Below are positions 19,332-29,152 of a stretch of 32,000 nucleotides of DNA, piece after piece. Under the pieces are notes generated by a model that ran no database searches, was not told the origin of the DNA, and saw nothing but the letters and a program-made list of their open reading frames with translations. The stretch is taken from NCBI GenBank assembly GCA_019056805.1, contig DXJG01000001.1, positions 30,001 to 62,000 on the forward strand, in the 5' to 3' direction. The stretch is from Candidatus Baldrarchaeota archaeon (GTDB taxonomy: Archaea > Asgardarchaeota > Baldrarchaeia > Baldrarchaeales > DXJG01). Position numbers and translations under genes: made by a program. Numbering within the stretch: position 1 is the stretch's first letter; each line of letters begins with the position of its first letter.

Positions 19332-19942
19332 ATGAAGGAGAAAGGAAAAATAATAGAAATACGAAGTCATGGTCGAGGTGGACAAGGTGTGGTTATTTTT
19401 TCTGAACTCTTGGCAAAAGCTGCATATTTAGATGGCTATATGGCGCAGTCGTTCCCATTTTTCGGCGCAGAAAAGGCAGTTCTTCTCTGAAAGGACTGCC
19501 TCTGCAGAGGCGTGGAGCCCCCTTAATGGCTTTCACACGAATTAGTGATAAAGAGATTTTGTTAAGAAGCCAAGTTTATAATCCTGATATCGTTGTTGTT
19601 TTGGACCCAGTTATCTTAGAGCTAGTAAATGTCACTGATGGATTAAAAGCTGATGGATGGTTGATTGCAAACACTCCAAAGAAACCAGAAGAACTTGGTT
19701 TAAACGGGTCTTTTAAAATCGCAACCGTTGATGCTACCGGCATTGCATTGGAATTAAATCTAAAAGTTGCAGGTTTCGCTGTAGTCAACACACCGATGTT
19801 AGGAGCGTTTTCCAAGGCTACGAAATTAGTGTCACTTGAATCGGTCAAAAGAGTTATTTTAGAGGAATGGAAAGGTGAACTAGCGGAGCTAAATGCCAAA
19901 GCAGCTGAGCTAGCCTTCGAAAAAACTATTGTAAAAGTTTAG
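19332..19942 (+). CDS. porG: 2-oxoacid (pyruvate-type):ferredoxin oxidoreductase gamma subunit; 2 exons (19332-19472, 19508-19942), 191 aa spliced
   Basis: HGRGGQG, FGAE|RRGAP, NTPMLGA. 611 nt minus 35 nt = 576 nt. Confidence 0.92.
19473..19507 (+). other. Canonical BHB intron of porG (35 nt)
   Basis: Helix GCAG/CTGC, bulges AAA/AGA, 11-bp stem; excision gives GCA GAA|AGG CGT (AERR). Confidence 0.92.
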
Positions 19943-19984
19943 TTACTTTTCTTTATTTTGTTAAATATTGAGGTGGGCTAGCAT

Positions 19985-20647
19985 TTGAAAGTAGTTTGCG
20001 TCATTCCTGCTTTTAACGAAGAGCAGTACATCTGCGACGTCGTTAAAGGAGCCAAGCAATTTGTTGATGTCGTAGTGGTTGTAGATGACGGTAGTATAGA
20101 TAACACCTACAATAAAGCTAAAGAATGTGGAGCTGTCGTACTTAAGCATGAGAAAAATTTAGGCAAGGGTGCTGCTTTGAGGACTGGTTTTCAATATGCA
20201 ATGGAGAATGGCGCCGATGTTATTGTGACATTAGATGGAGATATGCAACATAACCCGCTTGAAATACCTAAGTTTCTTGAAAAAATTAGAGAAGAAGCAG
20301 ATCTTGTCATTGGCTCTCGTTTTCTGGAAAAAGTTAAAGGAATGCCTTTGCAGAGACGATTAAGTAATTTCATTACTACTAAGATTTTAAATAAAGTTTT
20401 CAACGTTCCTGTGACGGATTCTCAAAGCGGTTTTAGAGCTTTTAAAAGAAAAGTTTTGGAGAAAGTTACATTTAAGGATAATAGGTATGGTGCGGAAACG
20501 GAGATTCTTATAGAGGCCAAGAGAAAGGGATTTAATATAGTTGAAGTTCCTATTTCTGTGAGATATGAGGGACAAAAATCTAAGATCCGTCCTGTGAGAG
20601 AGACTTTTAGTTGGATTTGGTTAATTATTAAAAAATGTTTTGATTAA
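19985..20647 (+). CDS. Glycosyltransferase family 2 (polyprenol-P sugar synthase-like)
   Basis: IPAFNEE, VDDGS, GKGAAL, DGDMQH, DSQSGFR. Confidence 0.92.
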   Translation: MKVVCVIPAFNEEQYICDVVKGAKQFVDVVVVVDDGSIDNTYNKAKECGAVVLKHEKNLGKGAALRTGFQYAMENGADVIVTLDGDMQHNPLEIPKFLEKIREEADLVIGSRFLEKVKGMPLQRRLSNFITTKILNKVFNVPVTDSQSGFRAFKRKVLEKVTFKDNRYGAETEILIEAKRKGFNIVEVPISVRYEGQKSKIRPVRETFSWIWLIIKKCFD

Positions 20648-20659
20648 TGTAGGTTTATT

Positions 20660-21589
20660 TTACTCTGTCTCTATCATTTTTGCTATGTTTTTCCAGTTTT
20701 CATCTACCCACCTTTGGATTTCTTCTATATCTTTGTCTGTCAATCCTCTGAATCTTCCTTGAAGTTTTAAGTATTCTTCAACCGGTTTTCTCTTGCTGGG
20801 ATCTAGGAATCTTTTACTTGGACCTGATAGTTTGAATTTTCCATGATCAATCTCATATAGTATCCATAGACCTGTTTCTACTGCAAGTTTAGACATCTTT
20901 ATTGTTAGTTTTGAGTCATATCGCCATCCAGGTGGACAGGGTGATAGTATATGTATGTATCGTGTGCCTTCTCCTTTCATCTCTTTAGCCCTTCTTACTT
21001 TTTCATATAGATCCTTTGGGTATCCCGGAGTTGCTGTTGCAACGTATGGTATGTGATGAGCTGCCATAATCATTGGCATGTCTTTTTTATGTTCTTTTTT
21101 ACCTAGTATTGGGGTGGTTGTTGTTATTGCTCCATATGGCGTTGCCCCGCTTCGTTGGATCCCAGTGTTCATGTACGCTTCGTTGTCGTAACATATGTAT
21201 ATGAAGTCTGTTTTTCTTTCTGCTGCTCCTGAAAGGGCTTGGATTCCTATATCTGCTGTTCCTCCGTCTCCAGCCCATCCTACAACTGTGATATCCTTTT
21301 TTCCTCTAGCTTTTAGTGCTGCTACCACGCCCGAAGCTGCAGCCCCGGTTGCTTCAAAAGCCATATTTAACACTGGTACACCTATGCCTGATCTTGGATA
21401 CAGTCCTTGGATAACTGCTGTGCAGCATGCTGGTATAACTAGTACTGTTTTCTTTCCTAGAGCTTTTAGTACATGTCTTAATGATAGTATTGCTCCACAT
21501 CCTGGACAGGCTGCATTTCCCGACATTACATATTCTTCTTCAGGTAGACCTAGTATTGTCACGTTTATCACCTCACTAATCCATACCAT
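20660..21589 (-). CDS. porB: 2-oxoacid:ferredoxin oxidoreductase beta subunit
   Basis: ACPGCG, GDGG (TPP binding), DNEAYMNTG, SPCP; the start may be GTG 21562. Confidence 0.92.
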   Translation of the reverse strand: MVWISEVINVTILGLPEEEYVMSGNAACPGCGAILSLRHVLKALGKKTVLVIPACCTAVIQGLYPRSGIGVPVLNMAFEATGAAASGVVAALKARGKKDITVVGWAGDGGTADIGIQALSGAAERKTDFIYICYDNEAYMNTGIQRSGATPYGAITTTTPILGKKEHKKDMPMIMAAHHIPYVATATPGYPKDLYEKVRRAKEMKGEGTRYIHILSPCPPGWRYDSKLTIKMSKLAVETGLWILYEIDHGKFKLSGPSKRFLDPSKRKPVEEYLKLQGRFRGLTDKDIEEIQRWVDENWKNIAKMIETE

Positions 21590-22770
21590 TCGGCTTCTTT
21601 TTCTAGTTGACCTGTTTCTATAATGTTGAATGCTGCTTCTATCATTTTTCTCTGGTCTTCTGGTTTAACGTCTCGTCCTCCGATTCCCATTATGAAGTTT
21701 AGTATTATTGGTCTTTTTTCAAGCTGGTATAGGGCTGATTCTATTTCTGTGGCGCTTATTCCTTTGTATCCGTAGCTGATGTTTCTATCTGCAACGACTA
21801 AAGCTTTCAGTCTCTTTGCGACCTCTCTAATTTCCTCGTCTGGGAACGGTCTAAACACTCTTAGCTTTATGGCGCCTACGCGGTATCCTTCCTCACGCAT
21901 TAAATCAACGACATACTTAGCTTGGGCAGCTAGTGCTCCCATGGAAACTATTGCAACCTCGGCATCGTCAACTTTATATTTTTCAATTAGGTCTCCATGG
22001 TTTCTACCGAATTTCTTTTCAAATTCTTTTGTAACCTCTTTGATTTTTCTTTTGGCGTTAAGGAGGGCTTGATGCATTAAATAACGAAATTCCATGTAGC
22101 CCACGGAGGCGTCTCCTCGAGGTTCTGGCCATACGATATTTCCATGTGTAACTGGATGATCCACATCTGTGATGTCAAAAGGTGGTTCATAGGGTGGTAG
22201 AAAGTCTTCGACCTCCTCTTCGCTTAAAACTTCTAATGGTTGTGATGTATGGCTTAGGATAAAAGCATCGCTACAAATCATTGCTGGCATTTTTACCTCG
22301 GGGTCCTCGGCAACTCTGTAAGCTTGTATAATTGTATCAAATATTTCTTGGTTGCTTTCCGCGTAAAACTGCATCCACCCTGTGTCACGTTGTGAAAGAC
22401 TATCTACATGATCAGACCATATGTTCCACGGTGGACCCATTGCTCTATTTACTACAGCCATGACTATGGGTGCTCTAGTTGCAGATGCCCAATGAAGCAT
22501 TTCATGCATTAAAGTTAGTCCGTGAGCTGATGTTGCTGTGAACGCCCTTGCTCCAGCCACTGACGCCCCTATACACGCCGCCATTGCGCTATGTTCGCTT
22601 TCAACCCTGATATATTCAGCTTTCATTTCCCCTCTCTCAATGAATTCAGAAATTTTTTCTATTATTGATGTTTGAGGCGTTATAGGGTATGCTGCAACCA
22701 CATCAACTTTTGCTGCTTTTGCAGCGTAAGCTGCGGAATAATTACCGGTTGTAATAATTATTTTGCTCAC
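21568..22770 (-). CDS. porA: 2-oxoacid:ferredoxin oxidoreductase alpha subunit
   Basis: YPITPQT, ESEHSA, LRVFRPFP. Confidence 0.93.
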   Translation of the reverse strand: MSKIIITTGNYSAAYAAKAAKVDVVAAYPITPQTSIIEKISEFIERGEMKAEYIRVESEHSAMAACIGASVAGARAFTATSAHGLTLMHEMLHWASATRAPIVMAVVNRAMGPPWNIWSDHVDSLSQRDTGWMQFYAESNQEIFDTIIQAYRVAEDPEVKMPAMICSDAFILSHTSQPLEVLSEEEVEDFLPPYEPPFDITDVDHPVTHGNIVWPEPRGDASVGYMEFRYLMHQALLNAKRKIKEVTKEFEKKFGRNHGDLIEKYKVDDAEVAIVSMGALAAQAKYVVDLMREEGYRVGAIKLRVFRPFPDEEIREVAKRLKALVVADRNISYGYKGISATEIESALYQLEKRPIILNFIMGIGGRDVKPEDQRKMIEAAFNIIETGQLEKEAEWYGLVR

Positions 22771-22789
22771 ATGCTCACCTCATTTTAGT

Positions 22790-23071
22790 TTAAAATTCTC
22801 TAACCATCTCTATGGCTTTTGCAGGACATTCTTCGGCGCAAATGCCACATCCTTTGCAGTAAACATAATCTATTTTTGGGCCTTCTTCCTTTGTGAATGT
22901 TATAGTCGCTTCTGGACAATATAACCAGCAAAGTCCACATTTAGTACATTTGTTTAAGTCAATTACCGGTTTTAGAGTTCTCCATGTTCCTGTTTTTCCC
23001 ATAGCACCTTTTGCTGGCTTTGATAGTGGAGTTGGTGGTATTTTTTTCAAAATACTCGTGTTTGACTGCAT
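22790..23071 (-). CDS. porD: 2-oxoacid:ferredoxin oxidoreductase delta subunit (2x 4Fe-4S)
   Basis: TGTWRT.KP, CTKCGLC..YCP, CKGCGICAEECP. Confidence 0.92.
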   Translation of the reverse strand: MQSNTSILKKIPPTPLSKPAKGAMGKTGTWRTLKPVIDLNKCTKCGLCWLYCPEATITFTKEEGPKIDYVYCKGCGICAEECPAKAIEMVREF

Positions 23072-23388
23072 TTCCCTCACTTCCAAGCGTATAAATAGCT
23101 TTTGCAATTGTCACAATATCTATTTATCTTTAAAACCTTACTATTTATATTTCATGAATATAGTCCCTCGAACATCTCTTTAGAAGCTGGTAGAACTTTA
23201 AAATAATCGAAGGTAGTTGTGAAATATAAATTAACATCAAAAAGCCCGTAACGGGTTACATACTCACGTTGTTTCCCTAATTGACATAATATATTGTTAT
23301 CACAAATTTTTTAAGTAATAATATACTTAACCTTTTAAGTCACCGGTCAACTGACCGGAGTCAGAGAACAATGAGAGAGGTGTTCTAA

Positions 23389-23673
23389 GTGTCTGAAGAA
23401 AACGTAGTTTTTATAGGAAACAAACCCGTGATGAACTATGTGCTTGCCGCTGTAACGCAATTGAATAGCGGAGCAGAAGAGGTAGTTCTTAAGGCTAGAG
23501 GGAGAGCTATTAGTAGAGCTGTCGATGTAGCAGAAATTCTAAGAAACAGATTCATGACGGGATTAGAGGTTAAAGACATAAAAATAGGTACAGAAACTAT
23601 TGAAACATCTGAAGGAAATGCAGCTAACGTATCAGCTATAGAAATAGTGTTATCAAAAGCAAAGAAAAAGTAA
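23389..23673 (+). CDS. albA: Chromatin protein Alba
   Basis: [12 protein letters not shown]...[15 protein letters not shown]. Confidence 0.95.
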   Translation: MSEENVVFIGNKPVMNYVLAAVTQLNSGAEEVVLKARGRAISRAVDVAEILRNRFMTGLEVKDIKIGTETIETSEGNAANVSAIEIVLSKAKKK

Positions 23674-23706
23674 ATATTTCCCTCCTCTTTTCTTTTATTA
23701 AAATGA

Positions 23707-24216
23707 TTATTGAATAACATAGCCCAGTTTTTTAACCAATTCTCTTCTTTCAAGTTTTTCGTCTTCATTTTCAATCTTTGTGGCTGAAGTTCCATCTACA
23801 ATACCAAGTACAGCGGTACCAAGACTAGTTTCTGCAACAATAGCCTGTACTGGATTTCCTGTAGCTGCAAACACGCGGCAGACTCCTGGATGATTTTTTA
23901 TAGCATTTAGTACATTTATAGGAAATGCTCCTTTAAGAGCCACTACGAAAATGTGCCCACCGCCAAGTTTTAGACATGCTTCTGAAGCTATTTTTTCTAG
24001 CTCCTTATCGTTTCCGGTTACACGTGTCAATCTAGGTTTAGCTTCATTCATAGCTACCGCGCATTTAATATTTGGAGCACATGTCAAGATAGTTTTATAT
24101 AAGTCGTCTGTAGTCCATACCGAAAAATTTCCCTGGCCAATTACTAATTGATACTCCTCCTTAGGATCCCCTAAATCAACTAATTTAATCTTAACATCCA
24201 CTCTACACACCTCCAC
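23707..24216 (-). CDS. Adenosine-specific kinase family (DUF355) protein
   Basis: IGQGNF, AMNEA, FPINVLNAIK, ATGNP, LGIVDG. Confidence 0.85.
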   Translation of the reverse strand: MEVCRVDVKIKLVDLGDPKEEYQLVIGQGNFSVWTTDDLYKTILTCAPNIKCAVAMNEAKPRLTRVTGNDKELEKIASEACLKLGGGHIFVVALKGAFPINVLNAIKNHPGVCRVFAATGNPVQAIVAETSLGTAVLGIVDGTSATKIENEDEKLERRELVKKLGYVIQ

Positions 24217-24485
24217 TCAAAGACTACAAAGTTAATTAAAATACATAGTTTATAGTTTTTAAAAGTGGCTTCACTTTAATACAACTATTGCATGTATATA
24301 CTTAACAAAATTATAGGATTACTGTAAATTCCTATGACGTAAGTACACTAATTCTGTTTCAAATGTTTCCAAAAGTTATAATTCTTAATGAATAACATTA
24401 GTATTAGGTTACACATTATAGTCGAAAGTTAGATAAGAAACTAGCCCAAAAAATATTTTGTTCTAAATCTTAAAAAGGTGAGAAA

Positions 24486-25838
24486 ATGACTGAGAAAAAA
24501 GTTCCTAAAATAGTAGTTACACCACCAGGACCAAAAGCAAAAGAGTTACTAGCTAAAGATGAAAGATATATATCACCCTCTTATGTTCGCTGGTACCCAC
24601 TCGTAGCAAAGGAAGGAAAAGGCTGTATAATAAAAGATGTAGATGGTAATGAGTACATAGATTTCAACAGCGGGCTAGCTGTCATGAACGTCGGTCACTG
24701 CCACCCCAAAGTTTTGGAAGCCATTAGAAAACAATCTGAAGAACTCCTACATTACAGCAACACAGACTTCTACTACCAAGTTGTAATAGATTTAGCCGAA
24801 AAAATCTCAGAAATTACACCTGGAACATTTGAGAAAAAAGCATACTTCGGTAACAGCGGAGCTGAAAGCATAGAAGCTGCAATCAAAATGGTTAGATGGC
24901 ACACGAGAAGACCAAGAATTCTAGCCTTTATAGGAGCATTTCACGGACGAACCTATGGAGCTATGAGTTTAACATCTAGTAAACCCGTACAAAGAAGATA
25001 TTTCTTCCCACTAGTACCAGGGGTAACCCATGTACCATACCCATATTGCTACAGGTGTCCCTTTAAACTAGAATATCCAGACTGTGACTACTGGTGCATT
25101 GACTTCATAGATGAATGGGTCTTTCATAAATATATTCCACCAGAAGAGGTAGGAGCAATTATAATTGAACCGATACAGGGTGAAGGTGGCTACATAGTAC
25201 CCCCACCAGAATACCACCAGAAGTTAAAGAAACTAGCAGATAAATACGGTATTCTTTTTGTCGACGATGAAGTACAAGCTGGCATGGGGAGAACCGGAAG
25301 ATGGTTCGCAATAGAACACTGGAATGTTGAACCTGATATAATATGTATTGCAAAGGGAATCGCTTCAGGGCTCCCATTGGGTGTAACCGTAGCAAAAGCT
25401 GAGGTTATGGACTGGGAAGGTGGTGCTCACGCATCAACTTTTGGTGGCAATCCAGTCTCATGTGCAGCTGCCCTCGCAGTAATTGATATCATTAAAGAAG
25501 AAAACTTACTAGAAAACGCTGAAACACAAGGGAACTACATAATGGAACGTTTTAGAGAAATGCAGGAAAAATACGAACTCATAGGAGACATTAGAGGAAA
25601 AGGACTTATGATAGGCGTGGAACTCGTGAGAGATAGAAAAACAAAAGAGCCAGCGAAAAAAGAAGCTCAGGAAATCATGTTTAGATCTTGGAAAAGAGGT
25701 GTAGCGCTGATAACAGCAGGCATCTCAGCCATCAGAATAGCCCCACCCCTAATAATAACCGAAGATCTAATAGACGCCGCATTAGAAATAATAGAAAAAT
25801 CCATTGCCGAAGTAGAAAAAGAATATCTGAAGAAATAA
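24486..25838 (+). CDS. Class III PLP aminotransferase (4-aminobutyrate/ornithine type)
   Basis: NSGAES, FHGRT, EPIQGEGG, DEVQAGMGRTG, AKGIASG. Confidence 0.92.
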   Translation: MTEKKVPKIVVTPPGPKAKELLAKDERYISPSYVRWYPLVAKEGKGCIIKDVDGNEYIDFNSGLAVMNVGHCHPKVLEAIRKQSEELLHYSNTDFYYQVVIDLAEKISEITPGTFEKKAYFGNSGAESIEAAIKMVRWHTRRPRILAFIGAFHGRTYGAMSLTSSKPVQRRYFFPLVPGVTHVPYPYCYRCPFKLEYPDCDYWCIDFIDEWVFHKYIPPEEVGAIIIEPIQGEGGYIVPPPEYHQKLKKLADKYGILFVDDEVQAGMGRTGRWFAIEHWNVEPDIICIAKGIASGLPLGVTVAKAEVMDWEGGAHASTFGGNPVSCAAALAVIDIIKEENLLENAETQGNYIMERFREMQEKYELIGDIRGKGLMIGVELVRDRKTKEPAKKEAQEIMFRSWKRGVALITAGISAIRIAPPLIITEDLIDAALEIIEKSIAEVEKEYLKK

Positions 25839-25890
25839 CCTTTAAAACCATCTTTTATTTATTTTTGACCTTCACGCACCATGGTTAGGA

Positions 25891-25921
25891 ATATTAATCT
25901 TCTTGTTACAAAGGAAACAAG
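25891..25921 (+). repeat. 31-bp perfect inverted repeat, left copy
   Basis: ATATTAATCTTCTTGTTACAAAGGAAACAAG; its exact reverse complement is at 29400-29430. Confidence 0.9.
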
Positions 25922-25955
25922 TAAGGGACAGTATATTGTTATTGAGGTAACAAGA

Positions 25956-28278
25956 CTATCTATATTCCGCGGCAACAGCGGTTGTTTGTCCTGCTGAAAT
26001 CCCTCCATCTCCAGGAGGGAGTATTCTATGTGAAATAAATTTTAATCCTTGTCTCTCGACTTCTTTTCTAATGGTTTTTGTAATGGCTTCATTATATGCG
26101 ACTCCACCTGTAAAGCCGATTACTTTTATTCCTTCCTCCATAGCAATGTTAATTGCGGCGTTGGCTAATCCTTTTGCTAAGGCTTCTTGAGCAGCTGCGG
26201 CTACGTGTTCTTTTCTAATTCTTTTAGATTCTTCAAGTACATCGAGAAGAATATTAGTGGTGTTGATTATGTAGGTGTTGCCGACTTGCTCAATATTAGT
26301 GGTAATTTTTGCCTTTAAAGGGTCACCAAGGGCCGCAACAGACTCTAATCTCATAGCAGGTTCGCCTTCATAAGTTCTCTCAAAACATATACCCAAAAGA
26401 GCAGATATCGCGTCCAGTACTCTTCCAGCACTAGTAGTCTCAGTTAAGTTGATTTTTTTGGAGATTTGAGAAAGAACGATGTTTAATTCTAATTCACCCT
26501 TCTTAAATCCATTTATACATTTGTTAAGAAGAATCTCTTTCAACTCCTCCGTGGACAGTACCTTACTTAAAATGCCAGCAACCATTCTTGCAGGATATTT
26601 TGCGGCCAAATCTCCACCAGGCATTGGTTGGGGTTCTAAATGTCCTCTTCTTTCAAACCAATCGTAGGATCCTATGAAAATCTCCCCACCCCAGGGCTTG
26701 CCATCTAAACCGTAACCCACTCCGTCAGCAACAATGCATATCACATTTTCGCCGAGAGGAATATTATGTTCAACGAGAAGTTTAACCATATGTGCAAAAT
26801 GATGTTGAATTTTAATAACATCAACATTCCATTGTTCAGCGAACTCCTTTGCAAGCTTAGTTGTTAGAAATAGTGGATGTAGATCGCATGCTATAACATC
26901 GGGTTTACTCACCTTGGTAAGTTTCATCATGTGGAGAAGGCTTTCTTTAAGAAAATCAAGAGTCTCAAGAATCTCAACGTCGCCAATGTGTTGAGTTAGA
27001 AAACATTTATCTTCTAGAAGAACAGCTCCAGTAACTCTTAGCTCGGGTCCTGTACCTAAAACAATATTACTAGATCTAAAAGGTAGGTTTATGGGTTCAG
27101 GAACATAACCACGAGATCTTCTTAAGAATTTGGGCAGCCCATCAACAACCCTTACAACGCTATCATCACATCTTTGATAAATACGTCTATTATGCAAAAT
27201 GAAATAATCAACAATGTTTCTAAGCCTTTTCAAAGCATCTTCATTGGTAATAGCCATAGGTTCCCTAGGGAGATTTCCACTAGTCATAATAACAGCAGGT
27301 TCCTTAGTATACTTAAAAAGCATATAATGAAAACCACTATAAGGCAACATAACTCCTATAGTATGGAGTCTTGGAGAAATCCACTCACTAAGATAATAAT
27401 CCTCAGATTTCTTCAAAGCAACAATAGGCCGCCTAAAAGAAGTTAGAAGTTCCTCCTCTACTTTTGAAACCTCAGCAAATCCTCTAACCACATCTATATC
27501 TGGAGACATTATGGCAAATGGTTGCCAAGGTCTTCTTCTTCTCTTACGAAGTTCAAGTACAGGATCATCCTCAGTAGTCTTAACAGCAACATGAGTTCCA
27601 CCAATACCTCTAATAGCAAGAATATATCCCTCATCAATAAGTTTACCAGCAGTTTTTAACGGCTCTTTATCATCAATAATCTCCCCACTCTTATCGCATA
27701 AAAACATTTTAGGTCCACAAACAGGACATGCAATAACTTGAGCGTGAAATCGCCTATCTAAGGGATCTTCATATTCCCGAGCACACTTAGGGCAAAGCGG
27801 GAAATCTACCATTGTGGTTTTGTCTCGGTCATAAGGAAGATCAAAAATGATTGTAAAACGTGGACCACAATGAGAACATGCAATAAAAGGGTATAGATAT
27901 CTTCTATCATTTGGATCAAAGAGCTCATGTAAACAGTCTTTACAAATAGCTATATCTGGAGGAATATACGATATCTTAGTTTTTTTGACTTTTCTCTTAC
28001 TCTTTTTAATTTCAAAAACCTGAAACTCTCCCTTATAATCTGTCCATTTCACATCCATGCTAGTATATATCGAAATGGGAGGTTTGTCGTTTTTTAGAGC
28101 CTCTAGAAAGTCGTTAATAGTTTCTCTTTCCCCTTCAACAACGATCTTAACACTACCATCTCCCTGGTTGAAAACGTATCCTTTTAAACCTCTTTTAACT
28201 GCTATTCTATAAACGAAAGGGACGGAAACCTACTCCCTGAACAATACCAGACACATAAATTTCTGCTCTAACCTTCAT
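25956..28278 (-). CDS. hypF: Hydrogenase maturation carbamoyltransferase HypF, with a 1-nt frameshift near 28215-28221
   Basis: Acylphosphatase domain GIVQGVGFRP(F), Zn fingers, YrdC and Kae1-like domains, QHHFAH, DGGISAGQ. One extra base gives TAG at 28209-28207. Confidence 0.88.
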
Positions 28279-28518
28279 CTACCTCACCGTAAGAACATTT
28301 TATAACTTGAAGATTGTGGCAGAAAAATAAGAAGAATAGCAAATTTAACAATTACGCTAGATATCTAAATACTGATAAACAATGAGATAAGATATTTCAC
28401 AGACAGCCCTTTATAGGTATTACATATACGATAAATGACATATTATGAACACGTAAACTTAATTTCCAAAAAGACATAATATAATAGTATGTAATAGGTT
28501 TGTTAGGGAGGATACCCC

Positions 28519-29097
28519 TTGGCCTTACTACCAAGTCCCGAAGACATCAAAAGACTAAGGAAAAAGGTCGGACTTACTCAAACAGAACTAGCTAAACTCG
28601 CAGGGGTAAGTCAATCATTAATAGCTAGAATAGAGAAAGGAACCGTGGATCCTAGACTTTCAACACTTAAAAGAATACTTGAAGCAATAAAACTTGTTGA
28701 AATGAGAGCAAAAACAGCAAAAACAGCTAGAGACGTTATGTATAGTCCCGTAATAACCATCAAACATAAAGAAAAAGTGAAAAAAGCTATAGAACTCATG
28801 GAAAAATACGCAATCTCCCAACTTCCCGTCGTAAACGACAATGATATTCCTATCGGAAGTATAACCGAATCAACAGTTCTTAAAAAAATACTCACAGAAG
28901 ATCCGGAAAAAATATTCCAATTAAGAGTAGAGGAAATTATGGAAGAAAGCTTCCCTACAATCACACCATCAACAAACATAAAAGATATTCAAGAATTAAT
29001 TCTAAAAAAATATCCAGCAGTTCTAGTTATGGAAAAAGGAAAAATAGTCGGAATAATAACAAAAATAGATCTAATAACAACTGCCGTAGGGAAGTAA
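28519..29097 (+). CDS. XRE-type HTH plus CBS domain transcriptional regulator
   Basis: LTQTELAKLAGVSQSLIARIEKGTVDPRLST, then a CBS pair. Confidence 0.92.
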   Translation: MALLPSPEDIKRLRKKVGLTQTELAKLAGVSQSLIARIEKGTVDPRLSTLKRILEAIKLVEMRAKTAKTARDVMYSPVITIKHKEKVKKAIELMEKYAISQLPVVNDNDIPIGSITESTVLKKILTEDPEKIFQLRVEEIMEESFPTITPSTNIKDIQELILKKYPAVLVMEKGKIVGIITKIDLITTAVGK

Positions 29098-29132
29098 CTT
29101 CTTGTTACAATGGAAACAATATCACCCACATA

Positions 29133-29152
29133 CCCCTTCATTTCCTGTGGAA
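29133..29152 (-). promoter_or_regulatory. Origin recognition box (ORB)
   Basis: Minus strand TTCCACAGGAAATGAAGGGG. Confidence 0.85.

Noticed and set aside
22099-22122. GC-rich 24-nt in-frame stretch in porA after CCA GAA (encodes PRGDASVG); possible fifth, frame-preserving intron
   Set aside because: The inner stem does not pair in the required register, the helix has a G.G mismatch, outer pairing is poor and there is no stop. The alternative long hairpin would excise 29 nt and break the frame. It could be a decayed intron, but this is unsupported without an alignment or RNA data.
3079-27446. Numerous antisense ORFs in the ORF track overlapping identified genes
   Set aside because: They are shadows of well-supported genes on the opposite strand.
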